Part shown: one piece after another, positions 1-9,039 of the stretch
How positions within the stretch are numbered: the stretch's first letter is position 1
How the letters are laid out: each line of letters begins with the position of its first letter
Assembly: GCA_965243025.1 (NCBI GenBank)
Contig: CBDETY010000003.1
Location: forward strand, 3,904,001-3,968,000
Source: Candidatus Latescibacterota bacterium
Lineage (GTDB): Bacteria > Latescibacterota > UBA2968 > UBA8231
Direction: 5' to 3'
Length of the DNA stretch: 64,000 nt
Notes under the pieces: model-generated
The model's database searches: none
The model's input: only the letters and a program-made list of their open reading frames with translations
Told to the model about the DNA's origin: nothing
Made by a program: the position numbers and the translations under genes

Positions 1-1051
1 GGCCCAGGCGGCAGCCGCCCGGCTGGCCGAGGCTCTCCCGGGGGTCGTGCCCGAGCAGCTGCCCGGCCTGCGCAACGTCATGGGCAGGCTGAACATCGAG
101 TCGGAGCCGCTCGGCGGGGAGCCGGATCCGAATCGACCGTCCTTCTTCTTCGTCGAGGCGGACGGCGCCACCCCGATCACGGCCTACGACATGCCGCGCA
201 TCCACTCGGCCGGCACCCGGACCGTCGAGCTGGGCTACAAAGGAGTGGTGGCCGGCAAGGTGGTGGTGGCCGCCGACCTGTACCAGTCGAGGATCGAGAA
301 CTTCGTCGGGGCGATTTCGGTGGAGACGCCCAATGTCTTCCTCGACCCGCAGAGTCTGGGAGCCGCCCTGGGCGAGGGGATCGGCCAGGCCCTGTCCGAT
401 CCGGACAACGCCGAGCTGGCCGGGGCCCTGGCGGTGCTCGACGCGGCCCGGATCCCCGGGGTGGTGCAGGGAAACAACAACGGCACCCCGGTGGACGAGC
501 TGGCCGGCATCCTCACGGCGGGGGCGGCGGCCATCCCCTACGGCACCGTCTCCCCGGAGCAGGCCACCGATCCCTACGCGATGATCATGAGCTACCGCAA
601 CTTCGAGGACGTTACCATCCATGGACTGGACCTGAGCCTGGCCTGGTATCCGGCCGACCGCTGGAGGCTGGCGGGGAACTACTCGTTCGTCGACGACAAT
701 TTCTTCGAGAACCTGAAGTTCCTGCATTCCGAAGGGGGAGCCGACATTGCCCTGAACGCGCCCAGGCACAAGGCCAAGCTCGGGGCGGATTACGACTTCG
801 GCAGGTGGGGACTTTCAGCCGGCGGCCGGGTGCGCCATGTCGGCGCCTTCCCCATGAGCTCGGGGGTCTTCGTCGGCGAGGTCGATTCCTACACGGTGAT
901 CGATCTCAACCTCGCGTACCGGCTGCCCCTGGAGCAGGACCTGGTGCTGGGGGTCGACGCGAGCAACGTCCTCGACCGGGCCTACCAGGCGTTCGTGGGC
1001 GCCCCGGAGGTGGGGCGCCTGGTCTTCGCGCAGCTGGGGCTGCGGTTCTGA
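1..1051 (+). CDS. TonB-dependent outer-membrane receptor, C-terminal part (5' end outside window)
   Basis: Alternating beta-strands, ELGYKG, DLNLAYRL and NVLDRAY motifs, C-terminal aromatic (LGLRF). Confidence 0.88.
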   Translation, partial: AQAAAARLAEALPGVVPEQLPGLRNVMGRLNIESEPLGGEPDPNRPSFFFVEADGATPITAYDMPRIHSAGTRTVELGYKGVVAGKVVVAADLYQSRIENFVGAISVETPNVFLDPQSLGAALGEGIGQALSDPDNAELAGALAVLDAARIPGVVQGNNNGTPVDELAGILTAGAAAIPYGTVSPEQATDPYAMIMSYRNFEDVTIHGLDLSLAWYPADRWRLAGNYSFVDDNFFENLKFLHSEGGADIALNAPRHKAKLGADYDFGRWGLSAGGRVRHVGAFPMSSGVFVGEVDSYTVIDLNLAYRLPLEQDLVLGVDASNVLDRAYQAFVGAPEVGRLVFAQLGLRF

Positions 1052-1238
1052 TGCGGCGGGGAGAGCAATACCAGCGGGTAGGGGTGGCCGCTCCCCGCTT
1101 TGGGTGCGGCCGGCAGGCTCGACCGGGGACTTCCGGCAACCCCGTACTGGATGAGGTTGCGGGCCTCCCGGCCTCGGCCAAGCTGCTTCGGTGAGGAAGT
1201 CGGCAGGCCGCGAGCATTTTGCGGCCGTCAGGTGAGAA

Positions 1239-2042
1239 TCAGTCGGCCGGGGTTCGTTCCAGCGTTTCCAGCCAGCGGTAACCGTAGTCAGGAATATCCG
1301 ATGACGCCGCAGTTACACCATCGGGCAACATGTCGAAGCGTTCGACCCGCAGGCGGTAGCTGTAGCCGTGCCACGGCTGGAAACCGACGATTTCGCTGTG
1401 AAAGGCCTCACCATTGACCACGTTGCAGTACACCCGGTCGCCGCTGCCGCACTCGATCCTTCCTGGGCCAACGGTTATTTCTTCCTCATCCGTAGCGGCC
1501 GCTTCGGTTTTCGAGATCACCGAATTCAACAGGTACCGGCCATCGCCGTACCTGTTTGCGTCGAGGGTATAGTGAAAGCCGGCCTCGTATTCGAAGCTGG
1601 TGACAATGTCGTTGTACGGAGCGCCGTCGATCAGCAGACAGAAGTCGTCGGCCCGCGGGCACCTTACCCGGGCAGGTCCAACCGACAGGGTCGCGGAAGT
1701 GTAGGAAGCGGGAGTTTTCTCAAGCTGTTCCAGCAGACGGTAGCTGTACTGGCCCGCGTCCTGCGGCGGTTCCCCTCCGCCCCAGGGGTCGTACTTCCCG
1801 ATGCGCAGCCGGTAGTCGTAGCCCGCCTCGTAGTCTAAGCCCTCGATGCCGTCGTAGAAAAACCCCCCGTCAACCACCATGCAGGTCTGTTCGCCCACGC
1901 CGTAGCATTTGGCCAGGGCGGGCCCGACGGTTACTTCCCTGATCTCGAGGTATTTTTCTCCGTCAGGTCCCACGGGCCCGTCGTCACAGGAGGCAATGGC
2001 CAGGGCAAGGAGACCTGAAATCAACGGGATTCTCGTGCTCAT
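1239..2042 (-). CDS. Lipoprotein with three DUF4377-like repeats
   Basis: Start MSTRIPLISGLLALAIASC (lipobox); three repeats of VGPxxxxC...C..V.G..FY..I.GF.Y..GY.Y.L. Confidence 0.75.
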   Translation of the reverse strand: MSTRIPLISGLLALAIASCDDGPVGPDGEKYLEIREVTVGPALAKCYGVGEQTCMVVDGGFFYDGIEGLDYEAGYDYRLRIGKYDPWGGGEPPQDAGQYSYRLLEQLEKTPASYTSATLSVGPARVRCPRADDFCLLIDGAPYNDIVTSFEYEAGFHYTLDANRYGDGRYLLNSVISKTEAAATDEEEITVGPGRIECGSGDRVYCNVVNGEAFHSEIVGFQPWHGYSYRLRVERFDMLPDGVTAASSDIPDYGYRWLETLERTPAD

Positions 2043-2185
2043 CGGTTTACCTCCGAGGTGCGGCAATCGCCGGGGATCCGGGCTCTCTTTTCCCGACGTG
2101 ACCGCAATTGGCCACCCTCCGCCGATCCCTTTCCTCGCGCCGCCAGATCTCTCATAGGACAACTCCACCTTTGAGGAGTTCCCGC

Positions 2186-3067
2186 TCAGGAGCACGCCCT
2201 GTGCTCAAGCGCCATCGCCATGTAGTCGGGCCGCACCGGCCAGAACACGTCCACCACGTCGACCCCGGCCGGGCGGATGCGGGCGGCGTGCACCATCCCT
2301 CCCGGCTGCAGGATCACGTCGAGGTCCTTCATCGGCAGCCAGTCGTCGATGATTCCCTCGTCCATCTCCCCCTGCAGGACCATCATCAGCTGGTCTTCCG
2401 GGTGGAAGTGGTGGGGGAAGGAGGAGCCGCCGTCCATGCGGATGAAGCTGAGCATGAAGTTGCGGCCCCACATCAGGGTGGTGTGGGCCGTCGGGGGCAG
2501 CGATTCCCGCCCCGGCATGACGACCGGCTGCCGCGGGATGTCCTCGAACCGGTACACCACCCCGGCCCGCAGCGACGGCTCGATCCCCTGGTCGGGAAAA
2601 CCAACCTCCGCATCCGCCTGCAGCTTCGTTCCGGCCAGCGCGAGGTGCCCTGCCAGCACGGGCGAGAACACTTCCATGGCGGCGAAGCCGCCGGCGCCCG
2701 CCCGCAGGGTCCGCCGCATTCCATCGGTCAGGTAGAGGAACGACCTGCCGCCCAGTTCCACTTCCCTGCCGTCGACCTCACAGGTGGCCGAGCCGCCCTG
2801 CACCGCGGTGATCAGCTCGCCGGGCAGGGTCTGTTCCGGGTACAGGGCCCCGGGCTCCATCTCGAGCCATTCCAGCAGGGTGCCGCGCCCCCACGAAACG
2901 GAAGCCCTCACCCCTTCGGCGATGGCGATGCCAGGCAGGTCGGCCGTGGCGTACACCTTGCCGGCCTCCATGGCGACCGCAACCTCCGGCTCTGGAACCT
3001 CGCGTTCGCGGCTGGTCAGTCCTTTTTCGGCGATGTACCGGGCGTTGTGGCCGGCCCATGCTTCCAT
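2186..3067 (-). CDS. Bicupin domain protein
   Basis: Two cupin-like halves; the second has HHFHPEDQ...QPGGMVHAA metal motifs. Confidence 0.8.
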   Translation of the reverse strand: MEAWAGHNARYIAEKGLTSREREVPEPEVAVAMEAGKVYATADLPGIAIAEGVRASVSWGRGTLLEWLEMEPGALYPEQTLPGELITAVQGGSATCEVDGREVELGGRSFLYLTDGMRRTLRAGAGGFAAMEVFSPVLAGHLALAGTKLQADAEVGFPDQGIEPSLRAGVVYRFEDIPRQPVVMPGRESLPPTAHTTLMWGRNFMLSFIRMDGGSSFPHHFHPEDQLMMVLQGEMDEGIIDDWLPMKDLDVILQPGGMVHAARIRPAGVDVVDVFWPVRPDYMAMALEHRACS

Positions 3068-3236
3068 GCCTCTCCTCCTTTTTCAGGGATACCTGCGATT
3101 TCCCGGATCGGCAAAATCCAGGCCGGGGCACCTCCGGGAACGCCCGGATTCAACGCCCCGCATGGGGAATCGTTCTCTTTCAACTGCCTCGCATCTGTCC
3201 GGAATTCCCGGATCAACCGCCCCCGCGGCATTTGAT

Positions 3237-4001
3237 TCAATCGAGGTTCTCCAGGGCCCTGGCGTAGCGCGGACGGAAGTGCATGCGGCGGAAGCCGAGG
3301 CGCCGGTAGACTCTCTCGGCGGGGCTCTCGCATTCGACCTCCAGCGTGGTCCAGCGGTTGCCCAGGGCCTGCGAGTCGGCGACGGCGCGCGCGACCGTTG
3401 CGGAGGCGACGCCGCGGCGGCGGTGCTCCGGCAGGGTGCCGACCGCGTCGATGTAGCCGATTCCGTTGCGGGAATACAGCAGCGCGGTGCCGGCCGGCTC
3501 CCCCCGCCTCGAGGCGAGGTAGAGGCGGACCTCGGGCACGCAGAGAACCGAGCGGCCAACCTCTACAACTTCGGGGGGATTGCCGAAGCAGGTGCACATG
3601 ATCTCCGCCCAGGTGCCGTACCTGCCGCCGCCGGCGGTCTCCACCTCGACGCCTTCGGCGGAATCCGGGCCCGCCAGCCTGTCGCAGAGCATCGCCACCG
3701 GCAGCAGCGCCAGCTCGAACCCCCGTTGCCGCAGCCGTTCGGCCATGTCGGCAGGCCGGTCCAGCGGCGACAGGGTGAAGAGGCAGTCGTACTGCTTCTC
3801 CCGAAAAAACCGGACGGCGGCGTCGATCAGCCGGTCCGCCTCTTCCCCGGCCACGTCGACCCGGGCGACGCGGTGGAACATGACCGCCTTCACCTCTTCG
3901 CGGCTGTAGGCGCGGGCCCCCCCGAGGTCGGTGCTGTCGCACCAGCGGGCGCGGAACTCGTTCCAGTGATTCTCGAAGGTCCTGGTGAATTCGTCCGTCA
4001 C
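3237..4001 (-). CDS. GNAT family N-acetyltransferase
   Basis: C-terminal ~254 aa of ORF 3237..6002; VGTLPEHRRRGVA acetyl-CoA motif and YRRLGF; GTG start inferred. Confidence 0.85.
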   Translation of the reverse strand: MTDEFTRTFENHWNEFRARWCDSTDLGGARAYSREEVKAVMFHRVARVDVAGEEADRLIDAAVRFFREKQYDCLFTLSPLDRPADMAERLRQRGFELALLPVAMLCDRLAGPDSAEGVEVETAGGGRYGTWAEIMCTCFGNPPEVVEVGRSVLCVPEVRLYLASRRGEPAGTALLYSRNGIGYIDAVGTLPEHRRRGVASATVARAVADSQALGNRWTTLEVECESPAERVYRRLGFRRMHFRPRYARALENLD

Positions 4002-4103
4002 CGAAAGTCTCCCGGGTATTGCGTTGCGCAGCCGAATCCGGCGGAGTAACGTACCCGCAACGATAGCCTTTCCCTCGACTCGCAGAAACCTGGACGCATT
4101 CGC

Positions 4104-6047
4104 ATGAGAGCGACAGCGCTTGCAGGCTCCCTTCTGCTTCTTTCCATCGTCTTTCCCATTGGGGTACGGGACGCTGCAGGCGCCGTCGTCGTCCGCCTGG
4201 GGACCCCGTTTTCCGCGGCGGAAAAGGACAGCCTGCGAGGCCTGGGTCTCGAATACCTGGAAATCGACTGGACGGTGTCCCAGCTCGAGGAGGGGCTCGA
4301 GCTCGATCTGCTGCAGGCCGGGGTGCTGCAGCCGAACTTCTTCGAGAAGGACGAGGATATCGCCGCCACGGTGCTGGGCAGGGGCGGCTGGGTGGGGGTG
4401 ACCACCACCTACAACTTCTGGGACAAGCTGGTCGGAGAGGTGCTGCTCGACCAGGACCCGGCCACCTCCTACGGCTGGCCGGCACTGTCCGCGGAGAGCT
4501 TCGACCTTTCTTCGGAAGCCCGCCTGCGGGGCGTCACTCTCGTGCTGGGCGGGCGTTTCCTCGTCCGGGAGATCCGGTTCCGCCCCCTCGCCGATCGTCC
4601 GGACCACTTCCTCGAGCAGTTCCGGATCGGCATCAGCGACGCGGATTTCAACACCTTCCGGGTCCCCTGGTTTCCGACCCTGATAGAGGTCAGGGAAAAC
4701 ACCGAGGACGAGGTCAGCGTCCTCCTCGATCCCCCGGTTACCACCGAGGCGGTTCAGCTGCGCATCACCCGCGACACCCCGAAGGAGATCGGCCTTGCCG
4801 ACTTCGAGGTGTACGGGGGAGGGTTCGTCGGCCAGGCGGCCTACGAGTCGGACGTCATCGAGCTGGACGAGATCGCCAGCTGGGGGGATATCCGCTGGTC
4901 GGGTCGAAGGGATTCCCTCGCCCGCGTCGATATCCGCACCCGCATCGGAAGCGACCCCCAGCCGGAGATCTTCTGGGAGACCCGCGTCGAGCAGCAGGAC
5001 AGCGTCGAGTTCCTTCAGGGGGGCGGGGACCTGAGCCTGGCGGAGTACAAGCGCCAGTACGGCAGGTTCTCCGACTTTCTCAAGCCGATGCTCGAGGAGG
5101 ACCGCGCGACTCCGGACACCGAGAACTGGAGCTTCTGGTCGAGCCCCTACCCCTTCGACGATCCCGGGGTCGGGATCGTATCGCCCGGCCCCCGCAGATT
5201 CATCCAGCTGCGGACAGAGTTCACGTCGACCACCGACGACGGGGGAAAAATCGACTACGTCGAGTTCAAGGCCTCGGTGCCGCCGTCGGTCCGCCGCCTC
5301 GTGGGCGAGATCCACCCGATCGAGACCATTGTCGGAGAGCCGACCCGGTTCACCTACTTCATCCGTCCGACGATCCGTTCCGGGGACATCGGCTTCGACG
5401 GGGTCGAGATCTCGACTCCGTCCGGGGTGCTCTCGGTCGACTCGCTGCGCATCGGGGGCATCGAGCTGCAGGACTTCACCTGGACGATCGACCCGGACCG
5501 CCGCGGGTTCGAGGTGCTCCTGCCCCGCAAGCTGGACACGACGGACAACGGCGCCCTGCTGGAGGTGGTGTTCAGAGCCCCGGTGCTCCGGGAGGTGGGA
5601 ACCCGGTTCGCCGGCCGGGTGTTCGACACCGGAAGCCCGCACGAGGTGCGGCAGCGGGTGGTTCCCGGCAACGCCAGCGACGACGTCGAGGGCAACCGGC
5701 TTTCGGTTACCACGTCCCTGAGCAGCTCGCTGGTTTTCGCGCCCCGTGTCTGGCCGAGTCCCTTCACTCCGAACGGCGACGGCGTCAACGAGGCCGCCAG
5801 GATTTCCTACAAGCTGCTGCGGGTGACCTCGTCCGTGCCGGTGGCGATCGGGGTTTTCGATCTGTCGGGGCGGCGCGTGAAACAGCTGTACGAAGGGACG
5901 GATCCTCTCGGGGAGTACGAGCACTCCTGGGACGGCCGCGACGACTCGGGCAGGCTGGTCCCTCCCGGACTCTACCTGTACAGGATCGAGGCCGACCTCC
6001 ATTCGCAGCGGGAAATCAACAGCGGCATCCTGTCGGTAGCCTACTGA
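4104..6047 (+). CDS. Secreted protein with C-terminal FlgD Ig-like domain
   Basis: Signal peptide; PSPFTPNGDGVNE...WDGRDDSGRLVPPGLYLY tail; similar to the 9040..11661 protein. Confidence 0.85.
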   Translation: MRATALAGSLLLLSIVFPIGVRDAAGAVVVRLGTPFSAAEKDSLRGLGLEYLEIDWTVSQLEEGLELDLLQAGVLQPNFFEKDEDIAATVLGRGGWVGVTTTYNFWDKLVGEVLLDQDPATSYGWPALSAESFDLSSEARLRGVTLVLGGRFLVREIRFRPLADRPDHFLEQFRIGISDADFNTFRVPWFPTLIEVRENTEDEVSVLLDPPVTTEAVQLRITRDTPKEIGLADFEVYGGGFVGQAAYESDVIELDEIASWGDIRWSGRRDSLARVDIRTRIGSDPQPEIFWETRVEQQDSVEFLQGGGDLSLAEYKRQYGRFSDFLKPMLEEDRATPDTENWSFWSSPYPFDDPGVGIVSPGPRRFIQLRTEFTSTTDDGGKIDYVEFKASVPPSVRRLVGEIHPIETIVGEPTRFTYFIRPTIRSGDIGFDGVEISTPSGVLSVDSLRIGGIELQDFTWTIDPDRRGFEVLLPRKLDTTDNGALLEVVFRAPVLREVGTRFAGRVFDTGSPHEVRQRVVPGNASDDVEGNRLSVTTSLSSSLVFAPRVWPSPFTPNGDGVNEAARISYKLLRVTSSVPVAIGVFDLSGRRVKQLYEGTDPLGEYEHSWDGRDDSGRLVPPGLYLYRIEADLHSQREINSGILSVAY

Positions 6048-6123
6048 TCCCCGGCGGCGCCGGGGCGGCGCACCTGTCCCGGCGCGGCGGAACCTTCCCC
6101 GGACGCCGCGGACAAGGGCAGTC

Positions 6124-6804
6124 TCAGCCGCCGCTCCTTTCGGACGACAGGACGACCTCCTCCGCCAGGTGCGGAGGGATGAAGAGCACCCCGGTCACGG
6201 TGCCGAGGACGACGTCCCCGGGAATGCAGGTCGCCCCGCCGATGCGGGTGACGCCGTTGATGTCCGGCATGGTGACCCCCGGTATCGCCTCCGGGTGGAT
6301 GCGCTTAACGAAGGTGCAGAAGTCGGGGATCTTCAGGATGCGCTGCAGGTCGCGGATGCCGCCGTCGATCACCATGCCGCGGCCCCCGTTCGCCTTGATG
6401 GCGGTGGTCAGGTTGTCCCCCACGAGGTTGACCTTTCCGAACAGGTCGGCCACCAGAACGTCGCCGTCCACCATCTCGTCGATCACCCAGGAGTTGAGGA
6501 AGCCGACGCGGCCCTCGGCTTCCCCGAGGCGCAGCAGGGCTTCGTGAAGCTCGGGGCGCATAGGCACCCAGCGGCAGGTGATGGCGCGGCCCACCAGCAC
6601 CCGGTCGGGGAAGAGGACGGTCCAGCCGCCGGCGAAGTTGTGCTCCCAGCCGTGCTTCTGCAGCACCGTCCAGGCGTCTTCGGTGGTAACCGATTTCATG
6701 CGTTCTAGGATGTCGTCGGGTACCATCGGGCGGCCGGCGGCGTCCCGCTCCCCCTCCCAGCGGCTGGTCACCTCGGCGATCATGTCGGGGTGGGTCAGTT
6801 TCAC
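6124..6804 (-). CDS. RraA / HMG-aldolase family protein
   Basis: GDNLTTAI, GMVIDGGIRDL and PGDVVLG motifs; GTG start overlaps upstream stop. Confidence 0.85.
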   Translation of the reverse strand: MKLTHPDMIAEVTSRWEGERDAAGRPMVPDDILERMKSVTTEDAWTVLQKHGWEHNFAGGWTVLFPDRVLVGRAITCRWVPMRPELHEALLRLGEAEGRVGFLNSWVIDEMVDGDVLVADLFGKVNLVGDNLTTAIKANGGRGMVIDGGIRDLQRILKIPDFCTFVKRIHPEAIPGVTMPDINGVTRIGGATCIPGDVVLGTVTGVLFIPPHLAEEVVLSSERSGG

Positions 6805-7940
6805 TGCGGCACCCCCTCGATCCCCAGCACCCGCGCCGCGCACCCGCCCATGATCATCGCCAGCCCGGCATCTCCCAGCCCCGCGGCCGGGGCGAAGTGG
6901 CGCTCGATCCAGTGGCGGGACTGGCGGTAGGTGCAGAAGCGGTTCTGGAACGGCATGTCGGTTCCGTACATCAGCCGCTCGGGACCGATGCGTTCCACCA
7001 TCGCCTCGAGCGCCGGCCAGACCTCGCGGTACGGGTAGTCGAAGAGGTCGCCGATGCGGACCGGGAAGCAGACCTCGAGGCTGAGGCGGGGGTTGGCGAA
7101 GGCCTCCCAGATTCCCTCGGGAAGGGAGATGCCGCCGCGGTCGAGGAAGACGCGCCAGGGAAAGCCGTGGGTGATGTTGCACACGAGGGAGGGGTGCTTC
7201 TCCATCAGCCGCGCCAGGATGACCAGCTCTCCGAGATACCCCTCCTGCTTCTCGGCGTCCGGGGCGATTTCCAGGCCGCGTCCCGGCCCGGTGCTCAAGG
7301 TGAAGAAGACCGGCACCCCGAGAGCCGACACCGCCTCCCAGAACGGCTCGTACGGCCCCCCGTCCCAAGGCTCCGGGCTGACGTCGTAGCCGTAGCTGCC
7401 GAACTTGATCGCCTGCAGCCCGAGATCGCGGATCGCCGCGGCGATCTCCGCGGCCGCCGCCTCGGGTTCGCCGTGGATCCGGGTCTCGTCGAGGCCGGCC
7501 ATCGACAGGATTCGCCCGGGGTACCTGCGCACGCACTGGGCCTGGTACCCGTTGTCCCGGCCCAGCATCGGGTTGGTGTGCAGCAGGACCCGCTGCACCC
7601 CGGCGTAATCCATCTCGCCGATGAGACTTTCCGGGGTGAACTCGAGATTGCGCAGGTTCGGCGGGTAGAAGTGCTTGGTCCAGGTCTCCCCTTCCCAGTC
7701 CCACAGAACGCGGCCGGCCTCCCTGTCGATGCGGAAGCCGACGTCGGGAAGGTCGTCGAGCCTGCCCCTGGACGAGTCGAGGACGTGCGACGGCCCCTCG
7801 ACGCCGTCGCGGATCCGGAAGGCGGGCTGGTGGTGGCGCGCCTGGGACTGCTGCACGATGGCGAGGTGCTCGCCGGCGCTGGCGTACCCCCGCGGACTGT
7901 CGGCGGGCTCGAAGCAGTAGGCGTGGGAATCGATGATCAC
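6801..7940 (-). CDS. Amidohydrolase family protein
   Basis: IIDSHAY N-terminal motif and RLMYGTDMP C-terminal motif. Confidence 0.85.
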   Translation of the reverse strand: MIIDSHAYCFEPADSPRGYASAGEHLAIVQQSQARHHQPAFRIRDGVEGPSHVLDSSRGRLDDLPDVGFRIDREAGRVLWDWEGETWTKHFYPPNLRNLEFTPESLIGEMDYAGVQRVLLHTNPMLGRDNGYQAQCVRRYPGRILSMAGLDETRIHGEPEAAAAEIAAAIRDLGLQAIKFGSYGYDVSPEPWDGGPYEPFWEAVSALGVPVFFTLSTGPGRGLEIAPDAEKQEGYLGELVILARLMEKHPSLVCNITHGFPWRVFLDRGGISLPEGIWEAFANPRLSLEVCFPVRIGDLFDYPYREVWPALEAMVERIGPERLMYGTDMPFQNRFCTYRQSRHWIERHFAPAAGLGDAGLAMIMGGCAARVLGIEGVPQ

Positions 7941-8043
7941 GGTCGGTCTCCGGTGCTGTCGCGGGTGAATCCTGGGATTTCAACGCTATCCCGGAGGCCG
8001 TACCCGCGGCGGCCGTCCGGGCATTGCGGTTGCAGGTGCCTCC

Positions 8044-8826
8044 CTACAGGCTGGTCCAGCCGCCGTCGACCATCAGCGAGGTGCCGGTGACGTACTCCGA
8101 GGCGTCGGAGGCGAGGAACACCACCGCTCCCTTGATGTCGTCGTTGTGCAGCATGCGCCCCACCGGGGCGCGCTTTTCGTAGCTCTCGACGAACGGCTGC
8201 GGCTGGTTGTTGAAGTACCCTCCCGGGCAGATGCAGTTGGCCCGCACCCCCTGCTTGCCGTAGTAGTTGGCGACGTAGCGGGTGAAGTTGATCATGCCGG
8301 CTTTGACGAAGTTGTAGTCCGGGGGCTGCTTCATTTCGGTGCCCTCGTACAGGTTCGGATCGTTGCCGACGACCCCGTAGATGCTCGAGATGTTGACGAT
8401 CGAGCCGCGGCCCTGCTCGACCATGGCCGGGATGAAGGTCTTGCACATGGCGAACAGCCCGGACATGTTGCCGCCGGCGCTGTACTGCCAGTACTCCCAG
8501 GTCTGGTCGTCGAAGCTGCCGCCGCGCCCCACCACGGCGCTGTTGACCAGCACGTCGATGCGCCCGAAGCGGTCGAGCACCTCGCCGCCGAGCGCCGAGA
8601 TCGAAGCGGGATCCGTGATGTCGAGCTGCATGGCGTGGGCGTCGTGCCCCTCGCCGCGCAGGCGCCCGGCGAACTCCTCGTTGCGCTCGAGCGAGCGCGA
8701 CGCCGAGACGACCGTTGCGCCGGCCTCGGCGAGGCCCTCGCTGAGACTGCTGCCGAACTGGGGACCCGATCCCCCCGAGACCAGGGCGACGCGCCCCTGC
8801 AGCGAAAACTTGTCGAGTATCCCCAT
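8044..8826 (-). CDS. SDR family oxidoreductase
   Basis: RVALVSGG, DVLVNSA, NISSIYG, YNFVK (YxxxK), VDGGW. Confidence 0.93.
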   Translation of the reverse strand: MGILDKFSLQGRVALVSGGSGPQFGSSLSEGLAEAGATVVSASRSLERNEEFAGRLRGEGHDAHAMQLDITDPASISALGGEVLDRFGRIDVLVNSAVVGRGGSFDDQTWEYWQYSAGGNMSGLFAMCKTFIPAMVEQGRGSIVNISSIYGVVGNDPNLYEGTEMKQPPDYNFVKAGMINFTRYVANYYGKQGVRANCICPGGYFNNQPQPFVESYEKRAPVGRMLHNDDIKGAVVFLASDASEYVTGTSLMVDGGWTSL

Positions 8827-9039
8827 CCTGAATGCTCTCCTGTGGTGGTCGCGGTTTCGAGCAGCCGCTTCGCGGTTCCATGCAGCCGCCCGGGCCCCTG
8901 CAGAGCCGACCGCGGACAATTTACGGGATTTGGACCGGGGGCAGACAGGTGCGATCTTTCCCGCAGCTGCCGAAGCGGGCAATTTCAAAAGGAAGCGAAG
9001 ACGCGTGGAGCGTCCGCGCATCTCCGAGGAAGATCGCCG

